This document shows positions 46,067 through 54,474 of a stretch of DNA of 64,000 nucleotides, piece after piece. The first letter of the stretch is position 1; each line of letters begins with the position of its first letter. Under the pieces are notes generated by a model. It worked only from the letters and a program-made list of their open reading frames with translations, did no database searches and was not told where the DNA came from. Made by a program: the position numbers and the translations under genes. This DNA is from a virus (taxonomy: Duplodnaviria > Caudoviricetes), in IMG/VR virus record IMGVR_UViG_3300037418_002791, positions 1-64,000 of that record; one strand, 5' to 3'.

Positions 46067-47248
46067 GTGAAGATCGGCGCATTGTTCTCCGGCTCCGGAC
46101 AACTCGAAATCGCTGTGTCGCAGATGTTCCCGGACTCCGAGATCGTCTGGCACAGCGAGATCGAGCCCGCGGCCTGCACCGTGCTGCAGCACCGTTTCCC
46201 TGGCGTGCCCAACCTCGGCGACATCTCCGAAGTCGACTGGGCCGCAGTCGAACCCATCGACATTCTGTGTGGCGGATTCCCGTGCACCGACGTGTCCACG
46301 GCCGGTCAGCGCGCCGGCCTGACCCACGACACCCGCTCGGGTCTGTGGTTCCAGATGGCCAAGGCCGTCGAAGTTCTACGGCCGCGATTCGTATTCATCG
46401 AGAACGTGAAAGGTCTATTGAGTGCGAAAGCCATTCGCAACCTGGAATCCGGAGACGATGCTCTGGGAGTCACCGGAGATGAACCTCTTCTCCGAGCAAT
46501 CGGAGCCGTATGCGGAGACCTGGCCGACCGCGGGTATGACACGCAGTGGACGAGCCTACGAGCTTCCGACGTGGGCGCCGCACATCGACGTGAGCGGGTC
46601 TTCATCCTCGCCCACCGTGCTGCCGACACCCCGGGCGGCCGACTCGAAGGGGTCGATGACGGCACCGGCGGCGCGACGGCACGTGATGGATGGCAACGGG
46701 TCATTGCCGGAAGTCCTGGGAGTGCGGCTGTAGATCTGCTGCCGACACCGTGCGTGGCCGACGATGAAGGTGGCCGCGCGACTCGCTCGGGTGAACGCTC
46801 GAACGAACTGCTGCTCAACGGGATTGCCCGCGCGACGGCCAGCGGCACGCTGCACACCGAGGTGGAACTGCTGCCGACGCCCTCGGCATCCGAAGGCACT
46901 GGCGGCGGGCAACATCCGGACAAGCGGGTCGGGCACACGCATCAGCTGATCGATTACGCGCTGATGCACGGCACGCCGCGGTGGGGCATCTACGAGGCCG
47001 CCATCCGTCGGCAGGAGTCGGTCACGCATCCGGCGCCATCACCGACTGAGCCGACCGTCAAAGGCAATCTGCGGCTGTCGGCGAAGTTCAGCGAATGGTT
47101 GATGATGTGGCCGCCCGGCTGGGTCACCGATCCCGAGTTGAAACTCTCGCGCAACGCCCAACTCAAGCTTGTCGGCAACGGCGTTGTGCCGCACCAGGCG
47201 ATTGCCGCATTCACCTATCTGTTCACCCTCATCGACAAGGGGCCGTAG
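46067..47248 (+). CDS. DNA cytosine-5 methyltransferase
   Basis: LFSGSG (I), GGFPC (IV), ENV (VI), HRRERVF (VIII), KLVGNGV (X). Confidence 0.95.
   Translation: MKIGALFSGSGQLEIAVSQMFPDSEIVWHSEIEPAACTVLQHRFPGVPNLGDISEVDWAAVEPIDILCGGFPCTDVSTAGQRAGLTHDTRSGLWFQMAKAVEVLRPRFVFIENVKGLLSAKAIRNLESGDDALGVTGDEPLLRAIGAVCGDLADRGYDTQWTSLRASDVGAAHRRERVFILAHRAADTPGGRLEGVDDGTGGATARDGWQRVIAGSPGSAAVDLLPTPCVADDEGGRATRSGERSNELLLNGIARATASGTLHTEVELLPTPSASEGTGGGQHPDKRVGHTHQLIDYALMHGTPRWGIYEAAIRRQESVTHPAPSPTEPTVKGNLRLSAKFSEWLMMWPPGWVTDPELKLSRNAQLKLVGNGVVPHQAIAAFTYLFTLIDKGP
46422..46733 (+). CDS. overprinted alternative-frame ORF inside the methyltransferase (M.EcoHK31I beta-like)
   Basis: GTG after AAAGG; YAETWPTAGMTRSGRAYELPT; LPTPRA shared with the main-frame LPTP repeats. 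Confidence 0.6.
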   Translation: MRKPFATWNPETMLWESPEMNLFSEQSEPYAETWPTAGMTRSGRAYELPTWAPHIDVSGSSSSPTVLPTPRAADSKGSMTAPAARRHVMDGNGSLPEVLGVRL

Positions 47249-47250
47249 GA

Positions 47251-47811
47251 ATGGAACGAGCGGAGCATTGGCGTCCCGTGGTCGGCTACGAGAATACCTA
47301 TGAAGTGTCAGACCGAGGGCGAGTTCGGTCGCTTGATCGGTTGTCGTTCGGGGGAACTAATCGGCGCATCCAGGGTCGGATACTTACGCCGTGGGTTGCG
47401 AAAGGGTATGGTTATTACAGCGTTTCGCTATTCGGCGAGGATGGCCGAAAGAATCGAACGATCCACTCCCTAGTCGCCGAAGCTTTCATCGGCCCGAGAC
47501 CCGAGGGAATGGAAGTCTGCCATGGCCCTGCGGGTGCTGGCGATAATAGTCCGGCGAACCTGAGGTACGGCACTAGATCGTCCAATTTGCTGGATCGAAC
47601 CAGAGATGGCACGAACAAATTCGCCAATAGGACTCACTGTCCTCGGGAACATCTTCTGGTTGAGCCGAATCTGATGCCCTCGCAACTGAAGAGGGGGCGT
47701 CGATCATGCCTGGCCTGCAGCCGTGCCCGCGCGCTTGTCGCGTGGAAGCGTGATGTCGATTTTCGCGAAGAGGCTGACCGGTATTACCGATCAATAATGG
47801 AGCAGCAATGA
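47251..47811 (+). CDS. NUMOD4-HNH homing endonuclease
   Basis: WRPVVGYENTYEVSDRGRVRS; HSLVAEAFIGPRP..VCH..DN..NLRY. Confidence 0.9.
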   Translation: MERAEHWRPVVGYENTYEVSDRGRVRSLDRLSFGGTNRRIQGRILTPWVAKGYGYYSVSLFGEDGRKNRTIHSLVAEAFIGPRPEGMEVCHGPAGAGDNSPANLRYGTRSSNLLDRTRDGTNKFANRTHCPREHLLVEPNLMPSQLKRGRRSCLACSRARALVAWKRDVDFREEADRYYRSIMEQQ

Positions 47812-47923
47812 CATCCATGTGGTTCACATTCATCCAATTTCTCGACGCGCTGAACGGCCGGCTGTTCACGTCGCTGCGCCTGCGCGTCTACTACGAGGAT
47901 CTGTGCGCACAGCGGGCGGCGCG

Positions 47924-48187
47924 ATGAGCGTCCACCCCGCGGCGATTTCAGCGGCGATCGAGCATCTGGACTTCGAGCCGGCGTGCGACATCTGCGAGGA
48001 CGCACCCGCGATGTACATCGTCGATTATCACGGATGCGCCGAGATCGCGTTCTGCGCCGAGTGTTGGGACCGGGAACTGAAGGCGGTCATCGAGAAATTC
48101 TCGAAGCCGATACGGACCCGCTGTGCGGTGTGCCTGGTGTCGATGCCGAATGTCGCGGCCTATCTGAAAGTCGTGGGCCTGCTGTGA
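47924..48187 (+). CDS. Zn-finger protein
   Basis: CDIC..HGC..CAEC..CAVC. Confidence 0.55.
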   Translation: MSVHPAAISAAIEHLDFEPACDICEDAPAMYIVDYHGCAEIAFCAECWDRELKAVIEKFSKPIRTRCAVCLVSMPNVAAYLKVVGLL

Positions 48188-48438
48188 CGATGAAGATGTT
48201 CAACGGCGACGTCTACGAACTGACCGGTAGATCCTGGTCGAACATCCGGAGCGTCCCGGTTGGAGCGCTGTTCGCCCCGTACTTCGACGACCTGGTGCAT
48301 CCGATGAAGCGCACGGCCTACCGGATGCTCGAGCACGGCGTCTGCGTCGACCAGGAAGACGACGAGCACCTGTCCTCTCTCACCTTGCACGACTGGTGGT
48401 GCTGGGTCGGGGAGTACGTCGAGGTGACGCCGGTATGA
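48184..48438 (+). CDS. hypothetical protein
   Basis: GTGA coupling. Confidence 0.5.
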   Translation: MTMKMFNGDVYELTGRSWSNIRSVPVGALFAPYFDDLVHPMKRTAYRMLEHGVCVDQEDDEHLSSLTLHDWWCWVGEYVEVTPV

Positions 48439-48767
48439 CCGTGCGGATCGTCAAGGCCACCCAGACGCAGTGGGCGCTCCCGTCGCGCTGGGAGGCGGTC
48501 ACCGACGACGGCCGAGAGCTGTTGCTGCGCTTCCGATATGGCCGCGGGACCGCCCGGGTGATTGGTGAAGAACCGATCGCCACCTTCTACACCGGCGACC
48601 GCTACGACGGCTGTATCGATCTGCAGACCTTCTGCGACCTGGCGGGCCTCGAACTGGCCGTCGGCGACGACTACGTGCCGATGACCGACCCGAACGAAGG
48701 CTACGACTTCGAGGAAGAGATCGCCTTCCTCGACTACCTCATCGAAAAGACGAAAAGGACTGACTGA
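48435..48767 (+). CDS. hypothetical protein
   Basis: PSRWEA.TDDGRELLLRFRYG; ATGA coupling. Confidence 0.6.
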   Translation: MTVRIVKATQTQWALPSRWEAVTDDGRELLLRFRYGRGTARVIGEEPIATFYTGDRYDGCIDLQTFCDLAGLELAVGDDYVPMTDPNEGYDFEEEIAFLDYLIEKTKRTD

Positions 48768-48916
48768 TGGGACTTTTCAGTTCCCCGGTTTTGATTCGGA
48801 TCAAGACCGAATCCGGAGAAATCATCTCGGAGCGGCTGATACCCGGCGGAGAGACGTTCACCATCACGCTTCCGGACCAGTTCGCCGAGGACTACTACGT
48901 GGCGAGGTCGCGATGA
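48767..48916 (+). CDS. 49-aa hypothetical protein flanked by an 18-bp direct repeat
   Basis: MGLFSSPVLIRIKTESGEIISERLIPGG read from sequence; TGATG coupling. Confidence 0.45.
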   Translation: MGLFSSPVLIRIKTESGEIISERLIPGGETFTITLPDQFAEDYYVARSR

Positions 48917-48950
48917 CCGGCCTCATCGAAAAGACGAAGGGAAAACAACA

Positions 48951-49442
48951 GTGACTCAGCGCAATTGGCCTCTGCTGATCGAGACCATGCAATTCATCCT
49001 CGATCACCCCGAGCAGTGGGACCAGTCGGTGTGGTCGAACACCTGCGGGACGGCGTACTGCTTCGCCGGCCACGCATCCATCCTCGCCGGCAGCAGGCAG
49101 CTGCAGGGCAAGGACTATTACGAGGATTCCAATAGCACGGAATGGCTCGAACTCGTGGTCCCGCCGCCGGAACTCTGGGCGAAGCTCGGCAATCGGGGGT
49201 GGGCGACCGGAACCGTGACGGGTGAAGACGCATGGGCGATGTCCGATGTGGCTCAGGCGGCGCTGGGCATCGATCGCTGCGAAGACGACGACTTGTTCGA
49301 CTCGGAAAACAGCCTCGGCGACCTGCTGCACATCCTCCGAGAGTGGGCCACCGCAGACGGCGTGGAATTGCCGGAATCCTGGCCGACCAATGAGCCTCTG
49401 CGGAATCTCCACGAATGGGGAAGTTCGGTCGATGAGTACTGA
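48951..49442 (+). CDS. hypothetical protein (HPEQWDQ..CGTAYCFAGH type)
   Basis: Conserved-looking actinophage motif. Confidence 0.7.
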   Translation: MTQRNWPLLIETMQFILDHPEQWDQSVWSNTCGTAYCFAGHASILAGSRQLQGKDYYEDSNSTEWLELVVPPPELWAKLGNRGWATGTVTGEDAWAMSDVAQAALGIDRCEDDDLFDSENSLGDLLHILREWATADGVELPESWPTNEPLRNLHEWGSSVDEY

Positions 49443-49842
49443 GCACGACCCGGTGAAGGCGCCGGCCTACTACCTGTTCCCGAACGGCGTGCAGCTGCGC
49501 GCGATCACCAGCCACCTCACCGGCAACGGCGCGCAGGGCGTCCAATACATCACTCGTGCAACGCGATTGGACGGCAACAACAAGGGCCTGACGACCGAGG
49601 ATCTGGTTCAGGATCTCGAAAAGGCCGTGGAATTCGTGGTGGAGGAAATTCGCCGCCTGCGCGAGAACAAAGCGGCGCGTGACGCAGCCATGGCGGAAGT
49701 CGAGGCGGCATACGAAGAAATGGCCGTCGAGCACGCCGCCGTTCACAACCACGGTCCGGGCGAACAACTCGGCCTGGAGTGCCCGGAGAGGCGCATGCCC
49801 GATGGCAGTCTGCGCGGGTTCTGTGTCGGATGGGGGACGTAG
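49432..49842 (+). CDS. DUF3310-like protein
   Basis: DPVKAPAYY..GNGAQ.VQYITRA..DLEKAVEFV..EI. Confidence 0.6.
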   Translation: MSTEHDPVKAPAYYLFPNGVQLRAITSHLTGNGAQGVQYITRATRLDGNNKGLTTEDLVQDLEKAVEFVVEEIRRLRENKAARDAAMAEVEAAYEEMAVEHAAVHNHGPGEQLGLECPERRMPDGSLRGFCVGWGT

Positions 49843-49844
49843 CC

Positions 49845-50198
49845 GTGGCGCTGCATTTCGATCTGTGTATCAACGATGTCGCGATCGGCTACTTCGAGGC
49901 GGTGCGCATCGCCGGCGGGACCGACCCCGACGATCTGAACACCTACCGGATACGCCTGCGCGGCGACTTCGGCGCGTGGGACGGCGAAGTCCAGCACCGC
50001 TACGGCGACCGTGCCTGGGAACTGGTGCGAAAGGTGTTGCAGGCCAAGCGGTCCGACGACGACGGCACCGGCTTGGACGATCTCGAAGACCTCGCGGATG
50101 TCATGGCTCGGTCCACCGATCGACAGGCGCGCGACGAGGGCGGCGCGGACTGGCTGCAGACGGCTGCCGATGTCATGAAGGCGGGGTGGCACCGATGA
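49845..50198 (+). CDS. hypothetical protein
   Basis: HRYGDRAWELVRKVL. Confidence 0.55.
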   Translation: MALHFDLCINDVAIGYFEAVRIAGGTDPDDLNTYRIRLRGDFGAWDGEVQHRYGDRAWELVRKVLQAKRSDDDGTGLDDLEDLADVMARSTDRQARDEGGADWLQTAADVMKAGWHR

Positions 50199-50473
50199 CG
50201 CCGGAGCAATTCGCGTACGCGCAGTCTGAGCGCGTCGCATGGATTCGGGAGGCCGGCGAACGGCTGAGCCCGCACTACAGCGCCATGATCGGGCGCCTAC
50301 ACGAGGTCAAGATGGCGCTGTATTTCCCCGACAGCCGCCTGTCTTGGATTCTCCCCGCGGCGGAGTGGGCGGACGCACCTGCGGGCGCGATGCCCGTGAC
50401 GTTCGCTGACCTGCCGGTGACCTTCGCCGACGTTCCCGCACCCATGCTCGCGATCGACTGCAGGAGGGACTGA
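50195..50473 (+). CDS. hypothetical protein
   Basis: ATGA coupling. Confidence 0.5.
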   Translation: MTPEQFAYAQSERVAWIREAGERLSPHYSAMIGRLHEVKMALYFPDSRLSWILPAAEWADAPAGAMPVTFADLPVTFADVPAPMLAIDCRRD

Positions 50474-50645
50474 TGAGCATCAAGAACTATTGGGCGGCTG
50501 ATCTCGATTGCGGGTGTCGCGTACACCTCGACTACGGCGAGTACTGCGGCGATGTCGTAGTCGAGGGTGGCCGGATCGTCTCGGCGTGTGCCATGCACGG
50601 TATCGGTCAGAGCATCGCCGAGCTGAAGTGCACGGAGGATGCGCT

Positions 50646-50993
50646 GTGACACTCAAAACCTGCCCCGTCCTGCTGGCTTGGGAGCGCGATTTCAGCGAAC
50701 TCGTCGCCGAAACCTACGGCCGGCCATATCGACTGCAGCAACAGGGCGACATGCTCGGGCAAGACAGCATGATTGAGTTCAGTGCGCCGACTGAGCAGAT
50801 CTGGGACGAGGACGAATATCTCGGCGTGACATTCGCCGAGTGGCTGGCGGCCGAGCCTCCAGCGCCGGGTGATTGGCGCGAAGAAATGCGGTGGCACCGC
50901 GAGTTCTATCCGCCGATCGAGCGCGTGGTGAACGACCTGCACGCCCGCGGTCTGCTCGCGGCCGGTGACTACGTGCTGCATGTGTGGTGGTGA
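50646..50993 (+). CDS. hypothetical protein
   Basis: LVAETYGRPYRLQQQ..FYP..VNDLHARGLL..GDY. Confidence 0.6.
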   Translation: MTLKTCPVLLAWERDFSELVAETYGRPYRLQQQGDMLGQDSMIEFSAPTEQIWDEDEYLGVTFAEWLAAEPPAPGDWREEMRWHREFYPPIERVVNDLHARGLLAAGDYVLHVWW

Positions 50994-50996
50994 CCG

Positions 50997-51770
50997 ATGA
51001 GGCGACTGATCATCGGCTCCACCGCGCTCGCGAACCTCGGATTGTGCACGCGCACACCGAAAGACGTGGACACCTTCTCCGACGCGGATGTCGCCGGCGA
51101 CGATTCGTTCTGGGACGACTCGTTCGCGCAGTGGTGGCCGGACGGTACGCACCGCTACGCCCGCCTCGAGGAGCTGTACACGATCAAGCTGTCGCATTCC
51201 TACTGGGAACTGCGCAACGGCTCGTGGAACAAGCATATGCACGACCTCACCGTCCTACAGGAGGCCGGCGGGAGGGTGATTCAGCCGCTACACGATCTGC
51301 TGTACCGGGCGTGGGAGCGCCGCCACGGCAAGAAGAAGGTCAACCTGACCGAGGAGTCGACCGAGTTCTTCTCCGACGCCGTGGTGCGCAAATACGACCA
51401 CGATTCGCTGCACGAGTCGGTGGCCTACGGCGAGCGGCCGATCTACGAGGAGTGCCTGAAAGACGGGCGCTCGGTGCTGATGGACATGCGCAAGGTGTGG
51501 GCCATGCCGGTCGAGCGGCAGGTGCAGCTGTTCCGCGAGGAGATCTACGTGACCGCGCTGGAGCGCAAGGTCATTCCGTCGGACTACACCTGCAGCCCGC
51601 GGGGCGCCTATGCGTGGGCGCTGCGCCGGACGATCACCAGCCTCACCAAAGGCAAGTCGGCGCAGTTCATCGCCGAGAACTACTCGACATTTCGTGATCC
51701 GGACATGGATTACGTCGCACACCACCGATCGAAGTCCGATCGGTTGATCCCATTGGAGATAAACGCATGA
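50997..51770 (+). CDS. Pol-beta-superfamily nucleotidyltransferase with C-terminal HD-like domain
   Basis: IIGSTAL..PKDVD; LYTIKLSHSYW..W.KH..D; YDHDSLH; EE.YVTALER. Confidence 0.75.
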   Translation: MRRLIIGSTALANLGLCTRTPKDVDTFSDADVAGDDSFWDDSFAQWWPDGTHRYARLEELYTIKLSHSYWELRNGSWNKHMHDLTVLQEAGGRVIQPLHDLLYRAWERRHGKKKVNLTEESTEFFSDAVVRKYDHDSLHESVAYGERPIYEECLKDGRSVLMDMRKVWAMPVERQVQLFREEIYVTALERKVIPSDYTCSPRGAYAWALRRTITSLTKGKSAQFIAENYSTFRDPDMDYVAHHRSKSDRLIPLEINA

Positions 51771-52117
51771 CACTCAGCGTCAAGGACGTCGAGACCGCGA
51801 TCGAGTCCTACGAGGACGAGAGCGGCGAATCCGGTTGGTACTTCTGGAAATACGAGGTCGACCACGAGGCCGGCGTGGACGTTCCGGGCCTGGGCAAGGT
51901 GCGGATCGTCGAGGAAGTCGGCGGCGGCGAAGGCTCCGGCGAGGAGATGTATCTCATCTTCAGCGTGCTGCCCGAGGGCGGCTATGCGTGGCAGCGCCGG
52001 TACTTCCAGAAGAACGGCTACTACGCATCGTTCGACGGGGCCAACTGGGACGGCGCGTTCGTCGAGGTCAAGCCGGTCAAGCGGACCGTCACGGTTTTCG
52101 AGGAGGTCCGCAAGTGA
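51767..52117 (+). CDS. hypothetical protein, paralogue family C (GGEG.G)
   Basis: VEEVGGGEGSGE..YFQKNGYYASFDG..W. Confidence 0.75.
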   Translation: MTLSVKDVETAIESYEDESGESGWYFWKYEVDHEAGVDVPGLGKVRIVEEVGGGEGSGEEMYLIFSVLPEGGYAWQRRYFQKNGYYASFDGANWDGAFVEVKPVKRTVTVFEEVRK

Positions 52118-52503
52118 GCTACACGGCCAAGCAGCTCGAATACCTGCTCGAGGGCTACTCCGCCGAGGAGCCATGGGAGTACACCCGCGGCGACGGCACG
52201 GTCAGGTCCGGCATCTACCACTACGAGTCGTGGGACGGCCTCGAGGAGCAGTTGGATCGCGTCGGCAGTTTCGCCCGGATCGACGGCATCGGTGAGATCC
52301 AGATGATCGAGAACATCGGCGGCGAAGGCCAAGGTGATTACGCCGCAATGGTTTTCAAGGTCACCGCGCCGGATGGCACCGACCGCCTGTTCCGCAAAGA
52401 GGGCTACTACGCCTCTTACGACGGCACCACCTGGGACGGAGACTTCGCCGAAGTCGAAGCCTACGAGAAGACCGTTACCGACTACCGGGAGATCAGCAAG
52501 TGA
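52114..52503 (+). CDS. hypothetical protein, paralogue family C
   Basis: IENIGGEGQGD..LFRKEGYYASYDG..W. Confidence 0.75.
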   Translation: MSYTAKQLEYLLEGYSAEEPWEYTRGDGTVRSGIYHYESWDGLEEQLDRVGSFARIDGIGEIQMIENIGGEGQGDYAAMVFKVTAPDGTDRLFRKEGYYASYDGTTWDGDFAEVEAYEKTVTDYREISK

Positions 52504-52859
52504 TGGACAACGAGACTCGTACCTACAAGGCCGCCTACTACCTGCTCAACGCCGGCAACTGGTCCAGCTGGTCCGAGGGCGACACTCGGAACATCACCGA
52601 CCTGGGCGCCGTGAAGGTGCTGTCCACCATCGCGGACAGCCGGACGTCGTACTACGGCGAATACGACCAGGGCTCGACCGCTCCGGCCGGCATCGTCTTC
52701 CAGGTCACCTTCACCGACGGCGAGATGCGGTTCTACCAGAAGGACGGCACCTACGACTCGTATGGCGAGGTTGACTACTCGGGCGGCTCGTTCTTCGAGG
52801 TCCGGCGCGTTCAGCAGGAGATCTACACCTACGAGCGCGTCGCACGAAAGCTCGCCTGA
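52500..52859 (+). CDS. hypothetical protein, paralogue family C
   Basis: IVFQV..FYQKDGTYDSYG..EV. Confidence 0.7.
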   Translation: MMDNETRTYKAAYYLLNAGNWSSWSEGDTRNITDLGAVKVLSTIADSRTSYYGEYDQGSTAPAGIVFQVTFTDGEMRFYQKDGTYDSYGEVDYSGGSFFEVRRVQQEIYTYERVARKLA

Positions 52860-53010
52860 TGATCCTGCGCAGAGCGACCAGAGATGAGCTGAAGTTCGCC
52901 TACGACCTCGGTCGGGCGAACCAGCTGATCAAAGAGCGCACCGGCGAGGACAACGAAACCACGTCGTTCGATCAGGTGCTCAAGAGCGTTCAGGAAGTCC
53001 GCCGAGGTTC

Positions 53011-53625
53011 GTGGTGACCCAAGTCTGGTTCACGAGCGACCTGCACATCGGTCACAAGAACATCGCCGCCACCCGCGGGTTCGACGCTGCGGATACGCAC
53101 GACGCATTCCTCGCGCTGAAGTGGGATGCCGTCGTGCGACCCGAAGATCAGGTGTGGGTGCTCGGCGATGTGTCGATGTCGGGCAAGCACAACGTAGGGC
53201 CTGCACTGCAGTGGATCGCCGAGCGACCGGGTACCAAGTACCTGGTCGCCGGCAACCACGATTCCTGCCACCCGATGCACTCGCAGGCGCACAAATGGCA
53301 GCGGGTCTACCTCGAGGTGTTCGAGACGGTGCAGCAGTCGGCCGTGCGCAAGGTCCACGGGCATCGGGTCAAGTTGTCGCACTTCCCGTTTGCCGGGACT
53401 GGTGGCGATCACACCGCAGTACTCCGCTACCCCGAGTGGCGGTTCCCCGACGACGGTGGGTACCTGCTCCACGGGCACACGCACAGCCGGGAAGTCATGA
53501 ACGGCAATCAGATTCACGTCGGCGTGGACGCGCACGACTTCAAGCCGGTGTCGCTGAATGACATCGAAGACATCATCCGCGGCGACGACAAGCTTGCGGA
53601 CTGGGACGGGGAGGACTGGGGCTGA
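53011..53625 (+). CDS. calcineurin-like metallophosphoesterase
   Basis: WFTSDLHIGH, LGDV, GNHD, HFP, HGHTH, VGVD. Confidence 0.9.
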   Translation: MVTQVWFTSDLHIGHKNIAATRGFDAADTHDAFLALKWDAVVRPEDQVWVLGDVSMSGKHNVGPALQWIAERPGTKYLVAGNHDSCHPMHSQAHKWQRVYLEVFETVQQSAVRKVHGHRVKLSHFPFAGTGGDHTAVLRYPEWRFPDDGGYLLHGHTHSREVMNGNQIHVGVDAHDFKPVSLNDIEDIIRGDDKLADWDGEDWG

Positions 53626-53936
53626 TGGCCGGTCGGATGCTGAACTTCCTACAGCGCTGGTTCTGGGGGAATTCCCTGTGGCTGATCAAAGAGAGGGGCA
53701 TCCGCTACTGGATCGCCTTGAAGCTCGTGTATCTGTCGCGGCGGTTCTGTGACACCACCTACTACGAGGCGATCGTTCACGGTGGCCTCGGGATGGTTGT
53801 GGAGTCGAACATGTGGGGCGGCGGCATCTCATTCATCGACGCCTACAGCGATGAAACACAATGGCAGTCCGGCGAATTCGACGACTGGAACAAGGCCGTC
53901 GACTGGGCCGAGCACACGGCGAGGAGTGGCCGGTGA
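53625..53936 (+). CDS. hypothetical protein
   Basis: TGATG coupling. Confidence 0.55.
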   Translation: MAGRMLNFLQRWFWGNSLWLIKERGIRYWIALKLVYLSRRFCDTTYYEAIVHGGLGMVVESNMWGGGISFIDAYSDETQWQSGEFDDWNKAVDWAEHTARSGR

Positions 53937-54184
53937 CCTGGCTGCGGCACACCGATCCGCCACCGCCGGCCGAGCCTCACGTCTGCGAGTACCCGGTTCG
54001 ACCGCCGGCAGACCGCGAAGGCTGGGAGCCCGACGGCGAGCGCGGCGATCTGTGGATGTGTGACGACTGCGGAGTCATCTGGATCGTCCATGTCGACGAC
54101 TTTTTCGGCGCCCGGTTCAGCGATTGGCGCCGAGTGTTCTGGCGTGCGCGGTGGTATCGGCGCAAATACCTGGAGAAGAACTGA
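53933..54184 (+). CDS. Zn-finger protein
   Basis: HVC..CDDCG. Confidence 0.55.
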   Translation: MTWLRHTDPPPPAEPHVCEYPVRPPADREGWEPDGERGDLWMCDDCGVIWIVHVDDFFGARFSDWRRVFWRARWYRRKYLEKN

Positions 54185-54474
54185 TGGGAATGTTCGATTA
54201 CGTGAAATGCCGGGCGATGTCGTGCCCCGGCTGCGGCGGCGACCTGGAATGGCAGACCAAGAGTGGCCCGTTGGTGATGTCCAACGTCTACGTCACGGAA
54301 ATCATGCGCGCCACCGACGAGATGGCCATGATCGGCGGCTGCGCGGACTGCGGGTGGGTTGTGGAGGCCACGATTCGCCGAGATAAGTCGCTGACGGTCG
54401 GTCAGCACCTTCTCCTGATGGACGAGCGGCGCGGCAGCTACACGCCGGTGTTCGAAGAAGGCGAGATCCAGTGA
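54184..54474 (+). CDS. Zn-finger protein
   Basis: MGMFDYVKC..CPGCG..WQTKSGP..CADC. Confidence 0.6.
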   Translation: MGMFDYVKCRAMSCPGCGGDLEWQTKSGPLVMSNVYVTEIMRATDEMAMIGGCADCGWVVEATIRRDKSLTVGQHLLLMDERRGSYTPVFEEGEIQ

